Positions 1 to 6,869 of a stretch of 26,615 bases of DNA are shown piece by piece. The notes below the pieces were generated by a model. That model worked only from the letters and a program-made list of their open reading frames with translations, had not been told where the DNA came from and ran no database searches. The stretch comes from a virus. Lineage: Duplodnaviria; Caudoviricetes. The position numbers and the translations under genes were made by a program. How positions within the stretch are numbered: the first letter of the stretch is position 1; each line of letters opens with the position of its first letter. The stretch is from IMG/VR virus record IMGVR_UViG_3300020043_002699, positions 1 to 26,615 of that record; one strand, given 5' to 3'.

Positions 1-7
1 TTATCCT

Positions 8-256
8 TCATAAAAACTTCAATACGAATTGAACAAGTAAGCCACCAACGATACCCGCAGCGGTTGCAATACCACCCAAACGAGCGACCTGCAAACGTTG
101 GTTATTTATGTACTTGTCGTGCTTCTGCACCTTGCTAACAAGACCTTCAATTTTCATTTCGTCGTCACCAATCAACACGTTGTAAATACGGTCGATTTTC
201 TTGTCCATTTCTTGGAGTTGTTCGTGTATCAAAACGATTTCAGTTTCTGTGTTCAT
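8..256 (-). CDS. Holin-like/membrane-anchored lysis protein (82 aa)
   Basis: Coiled N-terminal region plus one C-terminal hydrophobic helix (LGGIATAAGIVGGLLVQFVL). Overlaps the endolysin stop by 4 nt. Confidence 0.55.
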   Translation of the reverse strand: MNTETEIVLIHEQLQEMDKKIDRIYNVLIGDDEMKIEGLVSKVQKHDKYINNQRLQVARLGGIATAAGIVGGLLVQFVLKFL

Positions 257-699
257 GACTTAAAGTACAATTCAATTTCAGCCTCACGACGACGAACCAA
301 ACCTTTGAGAATTACTCCGCCACCTTTGTTCCAAAGACGAAAAGAATCTGCTATTGTTGGATCGTTTGGGTTAGCATTTACCTTTCTCAACACAGACGAC
401 TTCTTGAAGCCATTAACACCGATGTTATACGCAAGTGAAACACACGCGCTAAACTGATTCTCGTTAAGCGTTTGCGTTATCAATGCACGAACGGATACCG
501 CGAACTTATCAATGACGTTTTTCGCTAATTGCTCCGCTCTTGCTTGTGTGATTACGTCGCCTTCCTTAACCTTCGTTCCGTCTTCGTAAAACGTATTTCC
601 GTATCCAATCGTCCACACGTTTGCAGGACACAAATAAGCCTTTAAACGACAGCCTTCAAACTTCTTTAATAGCGCGTAGCCGTCAGCGTTAACTTTCAT
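253..699 (-). CDS. Endolysin, GH24 (phage lysozyme) family
   Basis: Motifs FEGCRLKAY, WTIGYG, YNIG and GLVRRREAE are typical of GH24 lysozymes. Confidence 0.95.
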   Translation of the reverse strand: MKVNADGYALLKKFEGCRLKAYLCPANVWTIGYGNTFYEDGTKVKEGDVITQARAEQLAKNVIDKFAVSVRALITQTLNENQFSACVSLAYNIGVNGFKKSSVLRKVNANPNDPTIADSFRLWNKGGGVILKGLVRRREAEIELYFKS

Positions 700-805
700 T
701 TTTCAGTTTCTTTATTTGTTTCTCTTTCTTTGCAAGATACTTACGAAATTTTTCTTCGTAAATCTTGTGCATCGTTAAATTCTTCTTGCGTCCCCTTGTT
801 GCCAT
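689..805 (-). CDS. Small basic protein (38 aa), not in ORF track
   Basis: Translated by hand: MATRGRKKNLTMHKIYEEKFRKYLAKKEKQIKKLKNES*. A-rich leader; fills the gap between adaptor and lysin. Confidence 0.6.
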   Translation of the reverse strand: MATRGRKKNLTMHKIYEEKFRKYLAKKEKQIKKLKNES

Positions 806-821
806 TCGTTTTTATTTTAGT

Positions 822-1394
822 TTATCTCAACCAACCTAAACCGCGTCGTCTGTATTCGTATGGAAGTCTATCACGTCCGTCGCTAATCTCAAAAGCGTTC
901 GACGGATACACATTTGTTTGCGACCAAATCTGTTGCGTTGTGTTCGTCGTGTACTCTGGAAAGTCTGACTGATTGAAACACAAATAGTCTACCATTCTTT
1001 GCGTGTAAAACATTGCTTGTGAACGCGCTTGGTCGCGGTAGTTTTGTAAGTCGGTTTGTGAAATAGGTGTAGTGTCTTCGCTTGTGCGAATTACCAAACT
1101 TCCGTTGTCCGTTTTAACGTACAAATGAGGCAATACTTCGTACATAGTCCACCACATAACCATTCGACGCAAGTAATTGTCAAGAAGAGTCTCGTATGCG
1201 CCCGTAATATCGTCGTTTACAACGTCTTCTTTAATCTTATTGTAAAGGTCAGTTCCTAAATACAATTGTGCGTATTTATCTTGCGACAAATAGATAGCAG
1301 GGTACATAAGCAACGGATCAACTGAACCGTTAATCCAAGTGTATTTCTTTATGTAATTTTCGTCTATTAAAAGAACTTCGGGTTGTAGTGCCAT
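822..1394 (-). CDS. Probable head-tail adaptor/neck protein (DUF6712-like)
   Basis: Directly downstream of portal; pattern AI..AQD...LGTDLY..IK is typical of this structural family in Bacteroidota phages. Confidence 0.6.
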   Translation of the reverse strand: MALQPEVLLIDENYIKKYTWINGSVDPLLMYPAIYLSQDKYAQLYLGTDLYNKIKEDVVNDDITGAYETLLDNYLRRMVMWWTMYEVLPHLYVKTDNGSLVIRTSEDTTPISQTDLQNYRDQARSQAMFYTQRMVDYLCFNQSDFPEYTTNTTQQIWSQTNVYPSNAFEISDGRDRLPYEYRRRGLGWLR

Positions 1395-1406
1395 TGTGTG
1401 TTTTTA

Positions 1407-3104
1407 TTAAGGGTATTTTAAAGAACCTCTGTCTGGTCTGTTGATTGGTGCTGTTCCTTCAATGCCTTTTTGTGGAACATAAGGGTTGTTACCTACACGC
1501 TTATCATTGTTCAATCCGTCGTTAGGAAGTATGCGTCCTTTTGAATCGCGCTTGCGAATATAAATTAAACGCCTCCAAAAATGATGGCAGAAGCACCCCC
1601 CGACATAGCGGAACAAACTATAAGAATTTTGCCCTTGAGGTGCAAAACTTCCATTCACTCCTTCCTTGCTCATTGCTTCAATATCTTCATAACGAAAGAT
1701 TGCGCCTAACTGCGACATTTGAACCATTTCTTTGCAGAACTCACGACTATTTTCGCTTATGTTTTGTGAATAGGCATAGCGTAATTTATAAAGTCCTTTA
1801 TCTCCCCACTTAGATTCTTTCTCACCTTGAGCGTCGCTCATTGTCGGCATCTTGTTACGCTTTGCAAAGAACTCGCTTGTGTAGTTCATTTCGTTGTCTG
1901 GATCGGTAACATCTTCTTCACTTACCAACTGCCATTCGTCTAAATCGATGTATTCCGCTTTTTCTTTTAGAATATCAATCCACTCTTTGCCTTGTTCGTC
2001 GCTGAAATCATTCTCAGCATCCGCAACTACTTTTTTTTTTAATTCGATTGTTTGCGTTGTTGGTTCAACTACAACTTCGTCGAATGGAGAATTCATTTCG
2101 ATGTTTACTTCACCTAAAATTGGAGTGAAAACTCTTTCAATGATTCTTTGATATGGCTTAATAACTTGGTTGTTGAATATCTCTAAACCAACCAACATTT
2201 CATCTTTATTAGAACCGAAACCTGTCGTGTCTCTGATTCCGTGAATCAATGGTGAAACAACACGGTGTCCAACCATAATTTGCTTCGCTGTTTCTTCGCT
2301 TAAGAACTGGTATTGTTTGTCAGCATCTGAAAGAGGAAATGCTTCGATTTGTGGTGCGCGTGTTGGGTCTTCGTTAAACGTCATTAAGAACTTACCTGCG
2401 TTATTTGCACCGCTCAATCTTGTTTCCCATTCGCGACGAATAGCCTCACGTTCTTCTTTCTGTGGAATACCATTCAAGAAGTTAATGATGAACGAAGGAA
2501 ATAAACCATTCAATATATTATTGACGTGATAAAGTCCCATTTGATAGGACAACTCGATATAATTCAATGCACCGAAGTAGTCGGGTTTAGGATAGTAAAC
2601 ACTTCCTGCGCTCATTCCGTGCGCGTAAATAACTTGTCTTGGTTGTTCTTGTGCAATGGAAGGGTTGAACGCAGGAATGAACTCTGGCTTTCCTTTCTTG
2701 CTTCTTGTATTCGCCCAATCTTTTGAATAGAAAATTCCTGTTATATCGTCTTCGTCACGATCGTAAGCCAAACGACAATTCTCAAAAGGCAAATGGTTGA
2801 TTTGTACAACGCGTGTGAAGTCCATTGACCAAATAACTTCGGCAACAAATGCGCCTTGAAGTTTTAAGTCGAAAGAAATACCTTGCAAAGCGTTGTCGAG
2901 AATAGTTCCTGTACCTTGTCCCTCAATCATATAAGAGATTGAGTTCACCAACGCATTGTGTATTGGTGAGTTTTGGTAAAGGTTTATAAGGTGTTGAGGG
3001 AATAAGTTGTTTTGTCCGTAGTCAATCCAACCGCTTCTGTTTTCTTTTTCAACCGCTTCAACAGGTTGATAAGCCGATAAGTTTATTGCTTGAATGTTGC
3101 TCAT
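1407..3104 (-). CDS. Portal protein with C-terminal MuF/minor-head-like extension
   Basis: Portal-like motifs YGQNNLFP, SPIHNAL, YYPKPDY, NGLFPS, GANNAGK and IMVGHRV. Start placed at MSNIQ (3104), just after the upstream stop. The C-terminal ~200 aa carries SREFC...GGCFCHHFW. Confidence 0.85.
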   Translation of the reverse strand: MSNIQAINLSAYQPVEAVEKENRSGWIDYGQNNLFPQHLINLYQNSPIHNALVNSISYMIEGQGTGTILDNALQGISFDLKLQGAFVAEVIWSMDFTRVVQINHLPFENCRLAYDRDEDDITGIFYSKDWANTRSKKGKPEFIPAFNPSIAQEQPRQVIYAHGMSAGSVYYPKPDYFGALNYIELSYQMGLYHVNNILNGLFPSFIINFLNGIPQKEEREAIRREWETRLSGANNAGKFLMTFNEDPTRAPQIEAFPLSDADKQYQFLSEETAKQIMVGHRVVSPLIHGIRDTTGFGSNKDEMLVGLEIFNNQVIKPYQRIIERVFTPILGEVNIEMNSPFDEVVVEPTTQTIELKKKVVADAENDFSDEQGKEWIDILKEKAEYIDLDEWQLVSEEDVTDPDNEMNYTSEFFAKRNKMPTMSDAQGEKESKWGDKGLYKLRYAYSQNISENSREFCKEMVQMSQLGAIFRYEDIEAMSKEGVNGSFAPQGQNSYSLFRYVGGCFCHHFWRRLIYIRKRDSKGRILPNDGLNNDKRVGNNPYVPQKGIEGTAPINRPDRGSLKYP

Positions 3105-3105
3105 A

Positions 3106-3489
3106 TTATGCACCTGTATAAATTACGTCTACGGGAATCGTAGGTGTTGAAACGTCAAAGTAAATTGTTCCGTCTTGTAAAATCATTAACCCCTTTTCAA
3201 CCAATCCAACGACGGAAGCATTGGTAGGGTTTATATTGCTGCTGCTGTTTTGACCATAGACTTCGTAATGATAACGTCCTGCATCGGTCAAACCAACTGT
3301 TGTAAGTCTTATTTTAGTTACGCGTTCGTTCTCGTTGATAACAGTTACTACTTGCGCGAGTTGTTCACCTGTCATTTCGTAAGTCATAACAAGCAAATAA
3401 TGAGTAAAGGCAACGTTGAAATACTGGCGACCTTCGTCTAACGAAAGCCACGCATATTGATTCGCTGTGTTTGTATTTAGATAAACCAT
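3106..3489 (-). CDS. Virion structural protein, function unknown (127 aa)
   Basis: Beta-rich, lies within the structural operon between tail tube and portal; G.YHYEVY motif. Confidence 0.6.
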   Translation of the reverse strand: MVYLNTNTANQYAWLSLDEGRQYFNVAFTHYLLVMTYEMTGEQLAQVVTVINENERVTKIRLTTVGLTDAGRYHYEVYGQNSSSNINPTNASVVGLVEKGLMILQDGTIYFDVSTPTIPVDVIYTGA

Positions 3490-3509
3490 TCTATCTTTCC
3501 TTTACGTTA

Positions 3510-3550
3510 AAATTACAACACGTAGGGACGCTTTGTCCCTATGTGTGTAA
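3510..3550 (-). terminator. Hairpin/weak intrinsic terminator after tail tube gene
   Basis: Minus strand ACACATAGGGAC-AAAGC-GTCCCTACGTGT followed by TGTAATTTT, about 10 nt after the stop. Confidence 0.55.
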
Positions 3551-3560
3551 AAGTTTTTTA

Positions 3561-4070
3561 TTAAGAAATCACTGAAGAAGGCGCTCCTGACATTTGGTAA
3601 GCGCGAACCGCTGCTTCGTGTGTGAACGCTAAGGTATATCCATTTGCATCACCTAAAGCAGTTCCTGTTGCTGCTGTTGCAGTAGAAAGGTCTGCACCGT
3701 TCTCATATCCAACTGCCCACCAATTTCCGTTAGTATCCAAAACGAAAACAATCACGCGTGCTTGTGCAACTGCTTGCAACTCCTTGCGTTTTGCTGCGCT
3801 TAATTTGTGCAACATTACGTTAACCGTCTGCGTGTAAAATACTGTTCCGTTGTCGCGGTTGAAATTGATTGTTTCTTCGAATGAACCTGTTTGTGTTGGT
3901 AATTCGTATGTGTACAAATCTGCTTCTGTTGGTCCAGCAATTGCTGTTATTATATTTGATGCATCAAGAGTAAACCCAGTTACCAATGATTGATCCAACA
4001 AAACGATTTGCTTAATGCCACCGATGCCATTTTTACAATCGAGAGTAAATCCGCTATTTAATTCGCACAT
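3561..4070 (-). CDS. Probable major tail (tube) protein
   Basis: 169 aa, beta-rich, with C.L..G..LDCK..IGGIK, NGTVFYTQT and GTALGDANGYTLAFT. Follows the capsid gene and is flanked by hairpins. Confidence 0.65.
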   Translation of the reverse strand: MCELNSGFTLDCKNGIGGIKQIVLLDQSLVTGFTLDASNIITAIAGPTEADLYTYELPTQTGSFEETINFNRDNGTVFYTQTVNVMLHKLSAAKRKELQAVAQARVIVFVLDTNGNWWAVGYENGADLSTATAATGTALGDANGYTLAFTHEAAVRAYQMSGAPSSVIS

Positions 4071-4089
4071 TTTTTTTATAGTTTTATTA

Positions 4090-4130
4090 GCACAAAAGAG
4101 GAGCGGTGTTTAAGCCGCTACCTCTTGTGC
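4090..4130 (-). terminator. Long bulged hairpin between capsid and tail tube genes (partial terminator or stabiliser)
   Basis: Minus strand GCACAAGAGGTAGCGG-CTTAAACA-CCGCTCCTCTTTTGTGC. Confidence 0.6.
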
Positions 4131-4150
4131 AAGGGTTAGAATGGTTGAGA

Positions 4151-5062
4151 TTATGCAGTGTATTGATAGAACGCGATTTCGTCACCGAATCCGTACTGAA
4201 CACCTGCAAAGAACTGAGCAGAGAAACGAACGTTTTGTGAAAGGTCGTATTGGTACATATCCAAAACTGCTACGTTGTTCCATTGGTCAAGTAAGTTAGT
4301 ACCGAACCACAAGTTAGACTTTTGGTACATAGCCATTGTGTCGTCAGACATACCAGGACACTCGATGATGTCGTATTGTCCTTGCCAAGTCATCTTAACA
4401 GTCTCACCTTGATACAAGTAAGAACCACCGCCAAGACCTAAGATTGCAGTTCTGTAAGCCTCAGCAACGTTTGAAGATACTGCGATTACAGGCTTCTCAG
4501 TAGCACGACGAACGCGTGTTGGAAGTGTCAATACAAGACGAGCCATTTCTTCAATTACGTTTGCAGAAGTGATAGCCTCTGGAGTAGCAACATCAAGAAC
4601 AGAAGCGTCAGCCAAGAACAAAGTTTCGAAACCTGCGTACTCACCTGTTGTTGCGTTCACACCTTGCCACATTACGCGCTCGTTATTAGCAGCGATACCT
4701 GCCATTACGTTAGCAATGATAGCGTCAGTCAATGAAGCATGAAGTTCGTTGTTTTGCTCTGAACGGCTCTCCCAATCTTTTAAAAAGTCATTTTTACACA
4801 AATTTCTCTGTACTTGGAATTTTTCCAAAGTCAAAACACGCTCGCTTAATGCAACAGTTCCAAGTGGAGTGAAGTCGCAAGTAGGTGCTTCGAAAGTGAT
4901 GTTGTCAACTAAGCGACGAACAACTTGTTTGTACTCAATGTTTTCTTTGAAAGTAACAGCAGCCAAAGACTCGTTACTTAAGAACGCAGCGCGGATATAT
5001 CCTGCAGCTGCAGTACCAGCAAATGTTGAGCTGATAGGGTTTGGTGATAATGTAGTAGCCAT
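4151..5062 (-). CDS. Major capsid protein
   Basis: 303 aa, follows protease and scaffold, strong codon bias. Motifs TCDFTP.G.V.L.ERVL and NLWFGT.LL.D.N.V are typical of these capsids. Confidence 0.85.
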   Translation of the reverse strand: MATTLSPNPISSTFAGTAAAGYIRAAFLSNESLAAVTFKENIEYKQVVRRLVDNITFEAPTCDFTPLGTVALSERVLTLEKFQVQRNLCKNDFLKDWESRSEQNNELHASLTDAIIANVMAGIAANNERVMWQGVNATTGEYAGFETLFLADASVLDVATPEAITSANVIEEMARLVLTLPTRVRRATEKPVIAVSSNVAEAYRTAILGLGGGSYLYQGETVKMTWQGQYDIIECPGMSDDTMAMYQKSNLWFGTNLLDQWNNVAVLDMYQYDLSQNVRFSAQFFAGVQYGFGDEIAFYQYTA

Positions 5063-5081
5063 TTTTTATTGTTTGTTTTTT

Positions 5082-5657
5082 TTATTTGTTTAAGTGAAAT
5101 ACGAAACGCTCCTCAGCCGACATTTTAGCGTATGGCTTAGAAGGTGCGGTAACTTTTGCTTGCTTTACTTCTTTGATTGAAGGCGCAGCAGGCTGAGCGC
5201 TTAATTTTGTCACTTCGCTTGAAAGTTCTGCGTTTGCTTTCTTCATTTCAGAAAGTTCGCTTTCAAGTTTTGCAACTAACGAAAGAAGTCCTTCAACCTC
5301 TGCGTTTAGTGATTCCTCAGCAACAACCTCAGAAGCTTGTTCTTCTTCGATTACTACTTCAACCTCTGGTTCTTTTTCTTCTTCCATTGGTTTTAATTCA
5401 GTCACAAGACCACCCTCAACAACTACAATGATGCTTTCAGCTGTCTTGTATTCTCCGTCAGCCAAAACAACCTCGTTGCCTTCTGCGTCTTTGCCGAATA
5501 CACGAACACCCGCAGCCCATACATCGCTGTCTGAGTAAATGCTTGTACCGTCCTCTAAAATTGCTTCAACCATTTGCTTCACCTCAACTACTTCTTCAGC
5601 AGATAGGCTAACATTGTGTTTTGCGAATAGAGCGTTTACTTTTTCTCGTAAATTCAT
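5082..5657 (-). CDS. Capsid scaffolding protein
   Basis: Very acidic, with LEDGT and LADGEY motifs and a coiled-coil C-terminal half; immediately upstream of the capsid gene. Likely start MNLREKV (5657); an in-frame ATG also exists at 5729. Confidence 0.75.
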   Translation of the reverse strand: MNLREKVNALFAKHNVSLSAEEVVEVKQMVEAILEDGTSIYSDSDVWAAGVRVFGKDAEGNEVVLADGEYKTAESIIVVVEGGLVTELKPMEEEKEPEVEVVIEEEQASEVVAEESLNAEVEGLLSLVAKLESELSEMKKANAELSSEVTKLSAQPAAPSIKEVKQAKVTAPSKPYAKMSAEERFVFHLNK

Positions 5658-5675
5658 AATTCTGTTAATTGTTTG

Positions 5676-5708
5676 TTTGATTCGTAGATATAAAAAGAGG
5701 TATATTTG
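5676..5708 (+). promoter_or_regulatory. Bacteroidota primary-sigma promoter, antisense to the head operon
   Basis: TTTG (5676-5679), 21-nt spacer, TATATTTG (5701-5708) matches the -33/-7 consensus TTTG-N19-21-TAnnTTTG. Confidence 0.7.
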
Positions 5709-5712
5709 TTTC

Positions 5713-5785
5713 GTAATTCGCTTTTTCATAGGTTGAATTTGATTTTTAGGTTTGAACGGGGGAGTGATTACCCCCGTTTTTTTTT
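5713..5785 (+). ncRNA. Candidate small RNA (~70 nt)
   Basis: Bounded by a consensus promoter and a plus-oriented intrinsic terminator; no ATG-initiated plus-strand ORF inside. Confidence 0.55.
5755..5785 (+). terminator. Intrinsic terminator oriented on the plus strand
   Basis: AACGGGGG-AGTGATTA-CCCCCGTT with a T9 run (5777-5785). The minus-strand reading has no U-tract after the hairpin. Confidence 0.8.
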
Positions 5786-5960
5786 ATCCTAAATTGTCGA
5801 GAATCGCGTTTAATACTTTCATCTCGTCTTCACTCAATCCGTACGTCTTAAAACCCATTTTACCGCCCTCGTTCGTTATCTTAGTGAGTGCGTTAAGAAA
5901 CAGGTTAGCGTCATCGTTGAACAACTCCAACTTAAAGAAACCACCTGCCTCGATATTCAT
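5784..5960 (-). CDS. Hypothetical protein (58 aa), not in ORF track
   Basis: MNIEAGGFFKLELFNDDANLFLNALTKITNEGGKMGFKTYGLSEDEMKVLNAILDNLG*; TAATG stop/start coupling with the protease gene. Confidence 0.7.
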   Translation of the reverse strand: MNIEAGGFFKLELFNDDANLFLNALTKITNEGGKMGFKTYGLSEDEMKVLNAILDNLG

Positions 5961-6865
5961 TACTTATTCGGATTATAAGCCCAGTTCAAAAGACTAATCG
6001 TGCGCTTACTTCCGCAAACGTTTCCATTGCTATCTTCTAAAATATCACCCGCTTGATTTTCACGCATTCTATTTATGAAAGCAATTGTCTTTCCTGCATC
6101 TTCGTAGTGTTTCTCCGTCCAATCGGCTTTGTTCGTTTGTAACAATTCAAGATTTCTTTCGATTGGTGAACGATCAAGTGAAGCCAAAGTTGAACACTCC
6201 GTTTCTGACCACGCTTTTAGTTCTGAATAAGTCATATTCACCGCGCCCATATAATCATCATAACGCGCTTCAATTTCTTCTTGTGTGGCTAACGCTAACA
6301 ACTGCTCTAATTCTTCAATTAAGGTGGGTTGTTGTTCGCTTAGATACATTTCTTTCTCTGCGATGAAGTTTCCTTCGATAGAAAAGCCAAGAACCTCTTT
6401 ATTTTGTATCTGCTTCTTCACTTCTTCGTTCTCCACTTTCATACAACCAAACCAAGTACCTTCTGGAAGGTCAAACCCAAAGTTCTTCGACTTGTCGTTT
6501 TCTCCTTCAATAATCCACGTCTCAACCAAAGACACTCCGTCAACCACTTTCGCGTGTTCAACTGTTGCGTTGTTTTGGTTCGCTTGTTTCAAATAATTGT
6601 AAGCAATAGCGCGAATGGTGTCTTTCGAATACTTCACATAGTATTCCTCGTCTGTTTCGTCGTTGCGTCTGTAAATCAGTTGATCGGGAATCAATAACGC
6701 TCCATACAAAAGACCTCTAAAATCTTCTTTGAACTTAACGTTGTGTTGTTCGCTCAATGCTACAAAGTCTACACCGATTGCAGGTTGTTCTACGACGCTA
6801 ATCGCGTACACTCCAAGAAGTCCCGCGTCGTCGATTCCGTATTCAATAACTTTAATTTTTTTCAT
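5960..6865 (-). CDS. Prohead protease (XkdF-like) with C-terminal DUF3140-like domain
   Basis: AISVVEQPAI, LIPDQLIYR, TVEH, ETWI, LPEGTW and GFSIEG protease motifs; C-terminal VNMT.SEL..W...SLLNWAYNP. Confidence 0.85.
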   Translation of the reverse strand: MKKIKVIEYGIDDAGLLGVYAISVVEQPAIGVDFVALSEQHNVKFKEDFRGLLYGALLIPDQLIYRRNDETDEEYYVKYSKDTIRAIAYNYLKQANQNNATVEHAKVVDGVSLVETWIIEGENDKSKNFGFDLPEGTWFGCMKVENEEVKKQIQNKEVLGFSIEGNFIAEKEMYLSEQQPTLIEELEQLLALATQEEIEARYDDYMGAVNMTYSELKAWSETECSTLASLDRSPIERNLELLQTNKADWTEKHYEDAGKTIAFINRMRENQAGDILEDSNGNVCGSKRTISLLNWAYNPNK

Positions 6866-6869
6866 TGTT

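Noticed and set aside
5658-5729. 24-aa N-terminal extension of the scaffold in the ORF track
   Set aside because: The sequence is basic/hydrophobic, unlike the acidic scaffold, and spans promoter motifs. ATG 5657 is preferred; kept only as an alternative explanation in the sRNA finding.
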